DNA from: Takakia lepidozioides
Taxonomy: Eukaryota > Plantae > Bryophyta
DNA: 64,000 nt
Direction: 5' to 3'
Assembly (NCBI GenBank): GCA_030704615.1
Contig: CM060732.1
Coordinates: forward strand, 58,280,001-58,344,000
The translations under genes were made by a program, and so were the position numbers. Positions 1 to 12,331 of this stretch are shown piece after piece. Each line of letters begins with the position of its first letter. Position 1 is the stretch's first letter. The notes under the pieces are model-generated. The model had not been told where the DNA came from, did no database searches, and was given only the letters and a program-made list of their open reading frames with translations.

Positions 1-724
1 CAAGTCCCGGCCAAGGGTGGAGCCTCTCCAGCTCCTCCAGTGCACTCTTCTTGGCCTACTTCAAGGCCAAGGAACGATCCTCCCCGAGGATCGAATCGCC
101 TTACTGCAACACATTGCTTGCGATCGCTCATGATGCCGCTTTTGGCATCACCTTGAGCAAGGGTTCACCTGGAACCCTCTTTGACTAGGAAGATAACCTT
201 GAACCAACCGTGCGCCCCAATCACTACAATTGGGTCCGCCTTGGAATGCTGGCCTGAGGTACAGGAACACGCCGAAGCCGCACTACGACTTCGTCCCGAG
301 GCTACACGATTATAGTACGTGAACGGAAGCACGTAGCTTCCGCGTTAGCCCGCACTACAAGGCAACCCCCTCGGTAGCGCAGTTATAGTACGCGCACGCG
401 CCAGGTGCGCACTAGCACGTGAACTCCCAAATAAGGCGCAAGTTTCCTTGCCCCTTGGATGGGAGTCACCCGATTTCGGCACTGCGCAAACACACGATTA
501 ACTCAATTTACCTCTCCTACTTTTGTAAGCTAGCATGCATTCTACACACTAGTCAACCACACCATGCATCACCATTTCAAACATAATAGGACGCACAATA
601 TTTGGAACCCATTTCCTTTATAACAAATTTTGTACAATACAAGTTTTTGCAATCGGATTCCTGAGCTAGCTAAACCGGGCTAAGCATGCATTTCCTCCCC
701 CACGCTCCAAGGTTGATGTCCCCA

Positions 725-910
725 TCAACGTTTCTTCCGCTTTTGAGGTCGCCCTTCGAACGCTGCAACTGCCTCGGATGCGTTTCCCATTTCTGAGGCA
801 CGCACCCAAGATGCCTCCACAAGATGATAGCCCTTCCATTTGACGAGATACTCCGTTTCTCGGTTCTTGAACCTCCTCGACTTAAGTATTGCCTCCACCT
901 CGTACTCGGT
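725..910 (-). other. Group I chromodomain at the integrase C-terminus
   Basis: Hand translation in a frame missing from the ORF track: TEYEVEAILKSRRFKNRETEYLVKWKGYHLVEASWVRASEMGNA...KRKKR*. Confidence 0.88.
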
Positions 911-3900
911 TCATTTTCATGATCCAACAGCATAGGTGGCGGACGCAACACTTGCTGCCGATTCGGACGTGCTTCATCTTTGAAGTAAGGCTTCAAAAGG
1001 GAGACATGGAATACTGGGGCACCTTGCTGTTTGCCGGCAGCTCCAATTCATACACATCCTCATTCATAACCCTCCGAATGCGAAAGGGACCCGCATACGG
1101 AGGTACGAACTTCGGACTCACTTCCGGAGGTAGTCGAAAATTCTTGATGTTCAACCAGACCTCTGTGCCTGCCTCAAACTTCACTTCCCTCCGCTTCCAA
1201 TTCGCCTGCCTTTCATACCGTTTCCTAGCTTTGGCAATGTTGTACTTTGCGAGCTTCAACAAACGCTCGCGTTCTTCCAGCACCGCCGCTACTGCCGGTT
1301 CCTCAACGTCCTGGGCGGCCCAACTTGTCGGCACCAGAGGTGCTTTTCCATAGACCAACACAAAAGGGGAAATTCCCGTCGCGGAGTGTTCTGTGTTATT
1401 ATAACAGAACTCTGCCGCGTCTAAGTGTTCCATCCAGTCTGATTGGTCTGCCGACACGTAATTCCGCAAGAATTGCTTCACTACGGAATTCACTCTTTCC
1501 GTTTGGCCGTCCGTCGTAGGTCGGAAGGCGGTGCTCATCTTCAGCCTCGTCCCCATCTTCTTCCAAAGTGCTCTCCAAAATTTACTCGTAAACTTTGGGT
1601 CGCGGTCCGAGACAATATCCTTCGGGACTCCATGATGCTTTAAGACGTGGGCGAAGTAAAGTCGCCCTGTCTCCTGCGCAGTTGCCGTCTCCTTGGTGGG
1701 GATGAAATGGGCCATTTTACTGAACCTATCTACCACCACCATGATTGCATCGAATCCTTTTGACAGCGGCATAGCAGTCATGAAATCCATCGAGACGCTT
1801 TCCCAAGTCCCCTCTGGAATCGGCAAGGGTTGTAACAGCCCCGCTTGCTTTTTGTACTCGCTCCGGTTTTGTTGGCATGTGGTGCATGTCTTGACATACT
1901 CCTCTGCCTCCTCCCTCAGTTTGGGCCAGAAATACTCTTTCTTCAAGAGTGCCGCAGTGCGCTTGGCTCCGCCGTGGCCCGCAAGCAGGCTATCATGGCA
2001 TTCTCTCAAGAGGCTATCTCTGATCCCTCCCTTGGCACATAGAGACGTTTTTGCTTATACCGGAGCAGTCCTTTTGCAGTGGAACTGCGATTTAACCCCC
2101 ATTCTCAAGTCCTGCATCACGGCTTGCCAGCTCATCCTTCGGCAAGCCTTCCGGATCTTCCTTTGGAGCGCCGTCTCGCCCTTGTACACCAACAAGAGCT
2201 GCTGCTTTCTACTTAAAGCATCGGCCACCACATTGTCCCGTCCCGGTTTGTACTGGATATCCACGTCGAACACTGCCAAAGTATCTTGCCACCTAAGTTG
2301 TTTTGGGGACAACTTGGGCTGCGTGGCAAAATACTTCACCGTGACATTGTCCGTGAACACCTTCACTGGGTTGGAACCAACATAGTGGCGCCAGAGTTCA
2401 AGGCAATGCACCACCGCCTTCATCTCTTTTTCGTGCGTCGGCCACCGTCGCTCCACTTCATTCAGTTTCTTACTTTCGTAAGCCACTGGTCGTCCATCTT
2501 GCATAAGTACACCCCCAATCGCGAAGTCCGATGCATCTGTATGAATCTCAAACGGACGATCGAACTCCGGGATTTTCAAGACTGGAGCTTCCGTCATCCG
2601 CTGCTTCAATTCAGCAAAAGCTTGGCCACAAAATGTGTTCCATACCCAGACTTTGGATTTACACAGAAGGTCCGACAGCGGCCCCGCGATCTTGGCGAAA
2701 TTTCTCACATACTTCCGGTAATAGGAGGCGAGTCCTAGGAAGGATCGCACTCCCGGGACCGAAGTCGGAGGCTCCCAGTCCAAGATCGCCCTCACCTTTC
2801 TGTCATCCATTTTGATCCCATCCTGTGTAATCACATGCCAGGAACTCCACTTTTGTGACCCCGAATTCGCACTTTGAAGCTTTGGCATACAGCTTCCCGT
2901 CCCGCAATTTTTGGAACACCCTTTTGAGTGCTCCAGGTGCTCCTCCTTTGTTTTCGAGTACACCAAGATGTCGTCGATGTACACGATCACAAAGTCATCC
3001 AACCACTCCTGGAAAAGGCTGTTCATCAGCGTGCTAAATGTCGCTGGTGCATTGGTGAGCCCAAAAGGCATCACCAAGAACTCATATGAACCATACCTTG
3101 TCCTGCACGCGGTCTTCTCCTCATCTCCTTCTGCCACCCGAATTTGGTGATAGCCGGAGCGCAAGTCGATCCGGCTGAAATACTTCGCTCCTGCCAACCG
3201 ATCGAAGAGGTCGTCGATCCTTGGCAAAGGGTACCGGTTTTTGATAGTCACCTTATTCAAAGCCCTGTAATCGACACACATCCGCAGCGTCCCATCCTTC
3301 TTGTCTGCGAATAGCACCGGGGCTCCGTAAGGTGACTTACTCGGCCGGATGTACCCCTTGACATTAGATCCTTGAGCTGAGTCTTCAGCTCGACCAAACT
3401 CTTGTGGCTCAACCGGTAGGGCGCCTTGGCAGGCGGTTCCGATCCCGGTATCACCTCAATCTTGTGGTCAACTCCTCTTCGCGGTGGCAAGCCGCTTGGT
3501 AAATCCTCCGGCATCACATCCTGGTATTTCTCCAAAATCCCTTTGATCCAATCTGGGCTCGGCTCCCCATCGCCTTCTCCTTTCACTTCTCTAATGTAAA
3601 GCAAAAACTGGGACTCGTGTGCCTCCTCCACGGCCCACTCCTTGCTGACAGAAGGTTTATTCGCCCTCCACGGATTTGGGCGTTTCCGACACTCGTAAAA
3701 CTTCACCACCATTCCCACATGGCAGCGTGACTACTCTCTTGCGGCCATCTATGACCGCTCCGGATTTGCTCAAAAAGGTCATCCCCAAAATGAGATCCAC
3801 TCCATCGATCTCGCAGATAGTGAAGTTCTCACGTCCCTCCCAACTCCCCAGTTGAAGAGGAACATCAAACGCCAACCTTGTCGCCAACTGAGGTTCTCCT

Positions 3901-5275
3901 TTGGCAGAGCGCACCTCAATAGAGGCCCCCACGTCACTTGTCGGGAGTCCCAACTTTCGCGCCGCCGCCCGGCGTCATGAAGGAGTGCGACGCTCCTGTG
4001 TCCACCAACAACGACACGTTAGTTCCGGATATTATCCCATCCACGAACAATAACTGACTCCCTTTACGCAGGGCGCCAGTTTCCTGATACAACTCACAAG
4101 AATAGTTGCCTACCTTGCAAGTCCTGGCGACTACCGCTTCCACCAAACGACTGATGGTATCTTCCGACAGCTCCGTGGTCGCCCGAGTCATGTTCAATTG
4201 CCGGGGCTTCGTGCACTTCTTGGCCATGTGCCCGGGCTCCCCGCAATTGAAACACACTCCATCAAAGGTTCGCCTTCTGTCCGCCATAAGCCGCTCTACC
4301 CGCTTTTCCTTTCGAAGCACCGGGTGCCGCCTTGACGTGTGAAGGCCCTCCCTTCGATTTCCACGTGCCATTTTCGCCGCGTGGCCTATCCCACTTCTTT
4401 TCCGGTCGGGAGGAGTCACCTTCCCGCCGGGTCTTCTTGTGGTTCAGCTCCGTACGGTCTTGTCTCTCACCCCTAGGGACATCCGAGAAACATTCAGCTC
4501 TCTCAATTGCCTCGTTCAAAGTCTTGGGTGGCTTCTCCTCCAACTTCCGCCTAGCCCATGGGGCCAGTCCCGCCACAAAGTTGAAGACCATTTCTGGTTC
4601 CGCCATGTCCGCGACTTCGAGCAACAGCACATTGAAAGCCTGGACATACCCCCGAATGTCATCTGTTTGCTTCAAATTCCTCATCTTGTCCCGGGCAAGC
4701 CAGGATGCGTTGAGGGGCACAAACTGTCTCTTCATCAATTCCTTGAACCCACTCCAGTTCAAGGTTTCCGGGCTTGGGCCTCGGTCGTGAAGGCGTTTCT
4801 GCCACCATTGTTGAGCATAGCCCCTCAAATAGGTGGGAGCCACTTCCACCCGATCCTCGTCACTCAACTTGGCCGCCCGGAAGTACTGCTCTAGCTCCAG
4901 GAGCCAGGTGTTGAGTGCCTTCCGGTTTCGAACGCCCTCAAAGGTGCCGGGTTCCTTAGGCTTCACCTTAAACTTTGCCTTAGTGGAAGTGGCATTAGCC
5001 GCCTTCAACACGTCTTTCAACGCCCCGCCAAACTGCGCCAACAACCCTTCCCAAAAGGCTGCTGGCATGGGAGGCATCTCTTGGTTTGTCGGAGCTCTCG
5101 AGGATTCCTCGGGCTCCGACTCCTCGGATTCCTCCCGCTCTTGAGCGGCCTCGTTTTCGGAAACATTCATCGCTTCCTCAAACGGCCGCCTCGGTGACAC
5201 GTCGCCCCCATCGGGCTCACCGGGATCATCATCTTTTGGGCCGTTCCGCTTTCGCTTCGGCTTGCCCGACCCCAT
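725..5275 (-). CDS. gag-pol polyprotein with several frameshifts
   Basis: Gag (4262-5275), CCHC knuckle CFNCGEPGHMAKKC, protease LVDTGASHSF (~3990-4020), RT YIDD and RNase H TDASDFAIG (2055-3317), integrase HHCC/DDE and GPF (993-2009). Confidence 0.9.
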
Positions 5276-5316
5276 GATGAGGCCGATCCCAAGGACGATC
5301 GCGTACTGAACTCTAA

Positions 5317-5328
5317 GCTCTGATACCA
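5317..5328 (-). promoter_or_regulatory. Primer-binding site for tRNA-iMet
   Basis: TGGTATCAGAGC on the minus strand, 2 nt from the LTR end. Confidence 0.93.
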
Positions 5329-5330
5329 AA

Positions 5331-6054
5331 TGTCGCGCACCTCACTTCGGTAAACTCCCCTTCAAGTCATAGTTAACCGCTTTGATGCGCGCGCCTGACT
5401 CCCAACCTGGCCGCCGGGCCAACTTGGAGTTTCGGCTACTCACCGGGACATAACGGTCCCCATTTGCTTCCTCTAAAACCCTCCACCTATTTGGGACTAG
5501 GAGAATTCCCTTTGGTAGATGGCAGTCCGGAACAGCTCCCCACTCTTTGGTCGCTTTCCGGCTCGCACGATTACTCACTAGTTTTTGGTCACCAACGGGC
5601 TTGCACCGTTCTCGGGGTTACTACTCCCTATATATACTTCTGTAGCTGTCCGCGGGGGTTTCATAACCAGCCATGCCATTTTATGGCGAACCACCACGAA
5701 AACCCTCGACTCCCGGTGGTGAGTCGCGGTGAGTCTTGGCCCACTCACCGCGGCCCCAATGGACCATGATGAGTCCCAAGACTCCCCACGACTCCCACCT
5801 CGAGGTCTCCACCCCATGGTGAGTCCTATGCCACCCCCACTAAGTCCCACTACGCTACCACCACCCCTTGTGGAGCCACCTCCACCGCAACCCGGTGTGC
5901 GGGGCTCCACCTAGTGAGCGCCTCCGCCTCCTTGAGTGCCTTGGGCACTCAAGGGTGCTTCAGCCCCCCATACCTATCGTCGCCGCTGCCCCCACCACAG
6001 GGGCAGCCCCTCATGTGTCCCGACCCCCTGCCCTCAAGGCAAAGGGCCGCGACA
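5331..6054 (-). repeat. 5' LTR of the chromovirus
   Basis: Termini TGTCGCG...CGCGACA, adjacent to the PBS; TATATATA at ~5629-5636. Confidence 0.88.
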
Positions 6055-8230
6055 GTAACCCTAATAAGGCCCCGGCCGCACCTGGCCGCTAAGCGGCCTG
6101 CTAAGCTAGGTAGTAGCCGTTAACAGCATGGTGACGGCCGCACTTGCCCGTTACAACCCCAGCTAGTTAGCGGGCTCCTAGCAGCTGTTAAAGTTGACGT
6201 AGGGGTTCCTCCAAAATTTAGCACGTCCCCCCCAGGTGGTAAATCGCGGTCACCGACTAAAAATCGGGCACTCGATCTTGCACGCAACAGAGGTATGCAG
6301 CGTCTCCCCTTCCCTGCGATCTCTCCTTTTCTCCCTCCCTGCCTCTCTTCCCTCTCCATGCCTCCCTCTCTTTCATCATCTCTCAATCCATCTCTTTCTA
6401 TTCTTGTTCTTTCTTGTTTTTTGTTTTTGTTTTTGGTTGTTTGTGTGTTCATGGGGTGGGTGATTGCACAGCAGGGAGCGCGGGGCGGGCACGAGCAAGT
6501 CACTGGCAACCGTAGCTCAGTCAATGCAACTCGGTCGCAATTCAGCGAGTGCCATTCACATAGTGCTTTGTTGTACTCTGCACGGCTCGTCGTGCTTCCC
6601 CTCTCTGAAAAGAGAGTTGCCTTTGGCCTTCCTGCCTTGTTCCTCATCCAGAGCCTGCACCACCGATTGCCAGTCGTTGCCAACGCCCATGTGCGTGCTT
6701 TTGGTGGTTGTGGCCACGATAGTCCACTGGTACTAGAAATTGTTACAGATTGAACATTGTGCAGATGGTTTTTGCACAACATGTAAGAAAATCATCATGA
6801 GATTGTCGAAGTGCTTGCATTCAACTAGCAAGAATTTGGTAACAGGGCTGTGCTTGAAGGCTAGCATCACAGAATATAAAGATATCCAATGTGTAGTAGC
6901 ATTGGATATCATGGTCAGTGAAGATGCAAGACAGGTGTGGTTGTGATGGTAATGCCAGACAAACTATACCAAGGAAAGAACAAGGAAAGTGGCTAATTTC
7001 CTCCTGAAACTCTAACAACTCATGGAACAAGAATGCGCAATAAATAAAGCAATCACCAAGAAATCAGGCGTAATTGTGGCTTGAAATGGAGTTATTTGTG
7101 AAGGTTTAGTGTTCATTATTCAAGGGAGAGAGAGAGAGAGTAATGTAGTGCATTGCCCCTTTTCTAGGTAGAAGGGAGCTAGAATACATACAGGTACTGC
7201 AAATTGTAGTAACTTGGGAGATATCTGGTCAACACCCCTCCTTGCTTCCTTGTTGCCCCACTCTTTTCCTGCTTCCTAGCTTTGAATGTGGTGCTAGAAT
7301 ATGTAATATCATGGACAAACACATCTATTAGAAAAATGTCCTCCAAGTTGACCCTGTTTCTGTTTGTCTTGACCCATTGGATAAGGTCTTCATGTGCTTG
7401 TGTGAGAGAGGTAGGAGGAGGATGAAAAGAAGGATGTGTTTATGATTGTTGAAATTGATATGGAACAGCCTTACTGGCCACATACCAGGTGAGCTTGGGA
7501 AAATAAAGGTAGCTTCTACTTCCGAAATATACTGCCTGTGCATCCTCTATTACTGGCTCATTTGAATGATGAATTAGTGTTGATGAGCTCAATTCAATAC
7601 CCCCTTGGTGACTAGATGTGGGTTCTGTGTTATACAGGAGAAAGAGAATGAATCACGTTATGAGGGAGAAAGTAGAGAGAGGCCGTTGTGACCAGGGTAT
7701 ATTTGTTTGAGAATAAGACACCCTATGAGACCCACTACAGCGTGTTCAAAGTGCTTAGTGCCACCCACCTGATTGAATGGCCATTTCTTAATGCCTGTCT
7801 TATGCTTGTGTCATGCAATTGTGATTCAAGACGCTGGTGAGCCTTGATCTGTCTCACAACAACTTCACCAGCTCTATTCCCCACTCTCTAAAGAGAAGCT
7901 CTCTTCTCTTTCATTTTTGTAAGACCTCTCCCTTTTGTGTGTCTCCTTAAATTTGATGCAGGATGCTCAAGTTGACATCCAGCATAAATCTTTTATTTCG
8001 TACTTGCCTGCGTTTTGTACATGTTGCACATTACACTATGTCACAAGTAGGTTTACTCTGGCAACTCCGTCGTCACTAGACAGAGGGCAATGAGGGAGGT
8101 GACCTGCGAGTATTTCTGTTTGGATGATATATATAGGTTGCTTTTTGGTTGCTAAAACTGCAGGGTTACAGTCCCAAGCAGTTGCCCTTCCTCTGCTCAT
8201 GGGTGAAGGTTCAGTCTCCCGGATAGTACC
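6055..8230. repeat. Segmental duplicate (copy 1) of 22118-24360, including the left part of the PIF/Harbinger element (TIR at 6068)
   Basis: Near-identical to 22118-24360 apart from single-base indels and a short deletion near 8205. The homology resumes at 20242-20282, after the inserted retroelement. Confidence 0.93.
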
Positions 8231-8938
8231 TGTCGTGCGCATACATATCGCTACACAACTACATCGCTGTCCAAAACCACACAACACATGTGCACACCAC
8301 ACACTAGTATACCACTAGTCTACCACTAGTCCAGCCACTAGTCCAACCACTAGGCTACAACTAGTCAGTCACTAGGCTGCCACTACGCTGCCCACTATGG
8401 CAGTCACTAGTCCACACAATGATAAAGAAGAAGAATACAAGCACAAGCTCATGCGAGCTCACAAAGCTGAAGCATAAACTCATGCATATATAACCTCATC
8501 ACTCAAATACAAGTCAAGCCAAGTGCACCCCACGCCATGGGGAATCCACACTACGGCGCCATAGCTAGGCGCGGTGAGGCTCAACTCGAGAAAGATGAGC
8601 CTCCCGCGCTTGCCGTGAAGATAACCACTCCAGGGCCTAAATCTGCCTTGACCCCTGGATTGACACTTGGGCCAATCCCAAATGTCAATATGTAAAAGCT
8701 AGCTATTTCCTAGCTAGTTTCACACTAGTGGTAAAATAACTTGACAGCTGTCGTGCGCATACATATCGCTACACAACTACATCGCTGTCCAAAACCACAC
8801 AACACATGTGCACACCACACACTAGTATACCACTAGTCTACCACTAGTCCAGCCACTAGTCCAACCACTAGGCTACAACTAGTCAGTCACTAGGCTGCCA
8901 CTACGCTGCCCACTATGGCAGTCACTAGTCCACACAAT
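8231..8938. repeat. 3' terminal repeat block A-B-gc-A
   Basis: The two 190-bp A copies look identical by eye, with a 327-bp B copy between them. Junction palindrome GACAGCTGTC at 8743-8752; G-run (AGGGGGG on minus) at 8941-8947. Confidence 0.92.
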
Positions 8939-9196
8939 CGCCCCCCTAGCTGGTGCTTAGGTCCCTCTAAGTCCAGGTAGCCACAAGATGTGATAGTGAC
9001 CATAGCCTCACTAAGTCCTCCACCACTATCCCTACTACACTCAAACTCGATAGATCAAGAGGCCGGGTGCAAGAGTTGCCCCATCGTTAGTCGCCGTCTT
9101 GCAACCTGTGAACTTGAGCTTGGGATCTCATGTATTGACTCCTATGAGCTTGGCCTCCCATGTCTTGTTAGCTGCCTCCAGTCATGTCCACTGCCA

Positions 9197-9340
9197 CTAT
9201 CCCAAGCAGTGTGGACACAACCAATCTCCGTCAGGAACCTTCTCAAGAGGTGGTGTCAAGCATCCCATATGCCAACCCCTTGAGCATCGATCACACACCA
9301 GCATGGTGGCTGCCCCTTTGGCAGACCCACAGAGCATGCA
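9197..9340 (-). other. PHD finger (C4HC3)
   Basis: CMLC...MLVCDRCSRGWHMGCLTPPLEKVPDGDWLCPHC matches the canonical PHD consensus. Confidence 0.93.
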
Positions 9341-12331
9341 CCTCAAACCTGCAGGTACCACTGCCAAGTTTGGGTCAACTCTGCCATCGACATTGGGAAG
9401 GTGACATGGCGCACAATTACGCACATGGTCTTTCCAAGTCATGCCATCCCGACCCTCTAAGATCAGGACCCCTGAGGGCAACACCTCTCGAACCCTCAGA
9501 ATAACACGCCCTGCAGTAACATCCAGAGTCGTAGGAGCAGTCTGCTGCAAATAAACATAGTCACCAGGGCTAAACCTCCGAACCCCAGGACGATATCCTC
9601 CACCACGTATAGTGGCATACCTCAACGTATCACGGTGCTGTGCAATGGCAAGGTTCTCAAAAGCCATGGGCATGACTTTCTTGAACAACTCTGCACGCTG
9701 ATCACATGCACGTACCCACACGTCCGGATCGTCAAGGTTAAGGACTTGAGCAGTGTCCCTACGAATGGCTGCAGGCAAATCCGGCTCTCGGCCAAAGAGA
9801 AGGAAATATGGTGAGAAGGAGGCAAGTGATGCTTGTTTGCTGAACCTGTAGCCCATGGCTAACCAAGGAACCTGAAGATCCCAATCTCCTAGGTGTCCCT
9901 TCTGCAAGCCATACTTGCGCAAACCCCTCTTCACCGTCTGAACAACTCTCTCTGCTAAGCCATCGGCCTCAGGATGATCCCGAGAAGTGGTGCGGTGGTC
10001 TATCAAGGCTTTATCACACAAAGCCTGAAACTCCCCCAAGAACTCTCTCCCTTGGTCCGTGAGTACCTCAGCTGGAGCACCAAATCGGCTAAGCACACGA
10101 TCCAAGAATGCATACGCAGCCCCCTCACTAGCCTTGTCAGGCAATGGAACCAACTCAATCCACTTGGAGAAGTGCTCCACCATCACCAACACATATCTGT
10201 GGTGGCGCATAGTCAGTGGCAACGGTCCTGCGAAGTCAAGACTCCACCTGTAGCCCAATCCCATGATAGGTAAAGGATGCAACTGTGGTGTAGGGGCGTT
10301 GAATGAAGCACGCACCCTGTCACACACCATGCACCTAGCCACAAACTGTTGCACCTCTGTATGCATACCACGCCACCAATACTGCCCCTGCAGTAAACTG
10401 TGAGTGCGTCGCACTCCAAAATGCCCCAACTCCTCATGGGCATGCCGCACTAACCGTGCACGCTGTGTGGGGTGAGGCACAATCCTCACCCGACCATCCT
10501 CCCACACTCGAAGTAGGTGTATCCCCTCCCACTTGAACCTCTTGGCTCGTTGCAGGATCCGATCCCTCTCCCTGGCAGTCACAATGGCTGCCGTGTCTCC
10601 CGTGCGGAGGTAGTCCAACACAGCCGAATCCTCATGTATATCTCTGGCACCACCTAGCTCATCACTAGCCTCAGGGTCCTCAGACACTCCGTCTACAGTC
10701 ATCCCTGTTGTAGGTCCAATCTGACCTCCCGATGCCAAGATACACAAAAATGCAGATGCGTGCCATCCCGGCACCATCTCCTCGTCCGTCTCACCATGCC
10801 ACCGAGCTCCAGTGTCATCCTGCTGGCTCATGCATGGATTGCGACTCAATCCATCCGCATCCCGATTGACCAAACCCGGTCGATGCACAACCTGAAAGTC
10901 ATACTCCTGGAGTATAAGTGCCCACCGTGCAAGCTTCCCCGTAAGCTTGTCTGACTCCATCAACCACTTGAGTGGCTGGTGATCCGTGACAAGGGTGAAA
11001 AGATTGCCGTATAGATAGCACCTGAAGTGTGCCACGGCCCACACTGCAGCTAAGCACTCTCCCTCATATGAGCTGTACTTAGCCTCTGCAGCGTTGTTCG
11101 AGCGGCTAGCGTAAGCCACTACGAACTCTCTTCCCTCATCATCCACCTGTGTGAGCACCGCTCCAAGCCCCAGCATGCTCCAATCCGTATGCAGCTGAAA
11201 GGGACGCCCCCTGATAGGTCGTCTCAAGATAGGCGCCGAGGTCAACCTCGCCTTGAGCTCTTGAAAAGCTCGTTCCTGCTCATCTTCCCACTGCCACTCC
11301 TGGTCCACCTTGGTCAGCTTGGTTAGAGCCTTTGCAATGGTACTAAATCCCTTGACAAACCGTCTATAATAGTTTGCCAACCCCATGAAAGCTCGAACTC
11401 GGCTCACATCCGTGGGGCGTGGAATTTGTGCAATGGCCTCTACCTTAGTCTGCTGTACCCCCAATCCTCCAGGATATATCATGTGACCCAGATACTCAAT
11501 CTGGTTGTGGAAAAACTTGCACTTCCCCGGATGCAACTTCAATCCGTGCGCTCTCAAGCGCTCCAATACCACCTGAAGGTGTCTCTCATGCTCCTCCATC
11601 GTAACACTAAAGATGATGATGTCATCTATGTAGCACCGAGCAAAGTCCACCCCTGCTAGAATCCTATCCATGACTCTCTGAAACTCTGCAGGAGCATTCT
11701 TAAGCCCAAATGGTAAGAACCGCCACTGATATAGGCAATCCTTGCCGTGCTCATTGATCCCCCAGAATGCCGTCTTCTGCTTGTCCGCCTCCTTGATTGG
11801 CAACTGGTGATATCCGGATCGTAAATCCAAAGTGCTAAAGGCCTTAGCATGCCCGATGGCATCAAAGATCTCCTCTGGTGTTGGCATGGCATACTTATCG
11901 GACTTGGTCTGACGATTTACAGGCCGGTAATCACCGCACATACGTCTCTCCGTCCAATTGCCATAGACATCCTTCTTGGCTGGCATCACTGTGGCTGAAG
12001 CATACTCTCCACCAGAGAGCTCCACCAAACCTGCCTCCCAGAGATCTTGAGTCCTCATCTGAATCAAAGACCTCTCCATGTCACTGTATCTATAGGGTCT
12101 CCGAAAGATTGGCGTGTCAGTGGCCAACTCAATACGGATCTCTTGACCCTTCAGTGCTCCCAAGTCCTTCAAACTGAAGGCAAAGCAATTCCTGTAAGCC
12201 CTCAGGAACCGCCGTATACGTCGTCTCTCTCCTCCGGTGACAATGGGTCCAATGTCAGGCTCCCAATTGTCCTCCGTAACTACAACCTTAAGTCCAGTGG
12301 GCTTAGAGGTAGAGGACGCGTCCCGTGGTTG
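9197..12331 (-). CDS. pol: reverse transcriptase, RNase H, DDE integrase, PHD finger
   Basis: Uninterrupted frame. RT: LDLRSGYHQ, LPFGLKNAP, YIDD. RNase H: TDWS, EGECLA, TDHQPL, ADGLSR. Integrase: HEELGH..CMVC, LDFAGP, TDQGREF, GLAER. C-terminal C4HC3 PHD. Confidence 0.95.
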   Translation of the reverse strand, partial: QPRDASSTSKPTGLKVVVTEDNWEPDIGPIVTGGERRRIRRFLRAYRNCFAFSLKDLGALKGQEIRIELATDTPIFRRPYRYSDMERSLIQMRTQDLWEAGLVELSGGEYASATVMPAKKDVYGNWTERRMCGDYRPVNRQTKSDKYAMPTPEEIFDAIGHAKAFSTLDLRSGYHQLPIKEADKQKTAFWGINEHGKDCLYQWRFLPFGLKNAPAEFQRVMDRILAGVDFARCYIDDIIIFSVTMEEHERHLQVVLERLRAHGLKLHPGKCKFFHNQIEYLGHMIYPGGLGVQQTKVEAIAQIPRPTDVSRVRAFMGLANYYRRFVKGFSTIAKALTKLTKVDQEWQWEDEQERAFQELKARLTSAPILRRPIRGRPFQLHTDWSMLGLGAVLTQVDDEGREFVVAYASRSNNAAEAKYSSYEGECLAAVWAVAHFRCYLYGNLFTLVTDHQPLKWLMESDKLTGKLARWALILQEYDFQVVHRPGLVNRDADGLSRNPCMSQQDDTGARWHGETDEEMVPGWHASAFLCILASGGQIGPTTGMTVDGVSEDPEASDELGGARDIHEDSAVLDYLRTGDTAAIVTARERDRILQRAKRFKWEGIHLLRVWEDGRVRIVPHPTQRARLVRHAHEELGHFGVRRTHSLLQGQYWWRGMHTEVQQFVARCMVCDRVRASFNAPTPQLHPLPIMGLGYRWSLDFAGPLPLTMRHHRYVLVMVEHFSKWIELVPLPDKASEGAAYAFLDRVLSRFGAPAEVLTDQGREFLGEFQALCDKALIDHRTTSRDHPEADGLAERVVQTVKRGLRKYGLQKGHLGDWDLQVPWLAMGYRFSKQASLASFSPYFLLFGREPDLPAAIRRDTAQVLNLDDPDVWVRACDQRAELFKKVMPMAFENLAIAQHRDTLRYATIRGGGYRPGVRRFSPGDYVYLQQTAPTTLDVTAGRVILRVREVLPSGVLILEGRDGMTWKDHVRNCAPCHLPNVDGRVDPNLAVVPAGLRCMLCGSAKGAATMLVCDRCSRGWHMGCLTPPLEKVPDGDWLCPHCLG

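Larger units (their letters stand above)
1..6054 (-). mobile_element. Ty3/Gypsy chromovirus LTR retrotransposon, Galadriel-like; 3' LTR lies outside the window
   Basis: Gag-PR-RT-RH-IN-chromodomain order on the minus strand, iMet PBS, and a 724-bp 5' LTR. RNase H segment THEKEMKAVVHCLELWRHY...KLSPKQLRWQD resembles Galadriel/Monkey elements. Right flank GTAAC matches the empty site at 22118-22122. Confidence 0.9.

Noticed and set aside
6120-6782. 220-aa ORF and its duplicate as a Harbinger transposase or Myb protein
   Set aside because: Low-complexity CT/GA-rich sequence, no DDE or Myb motifs, and the frame is not kept in copy 2.
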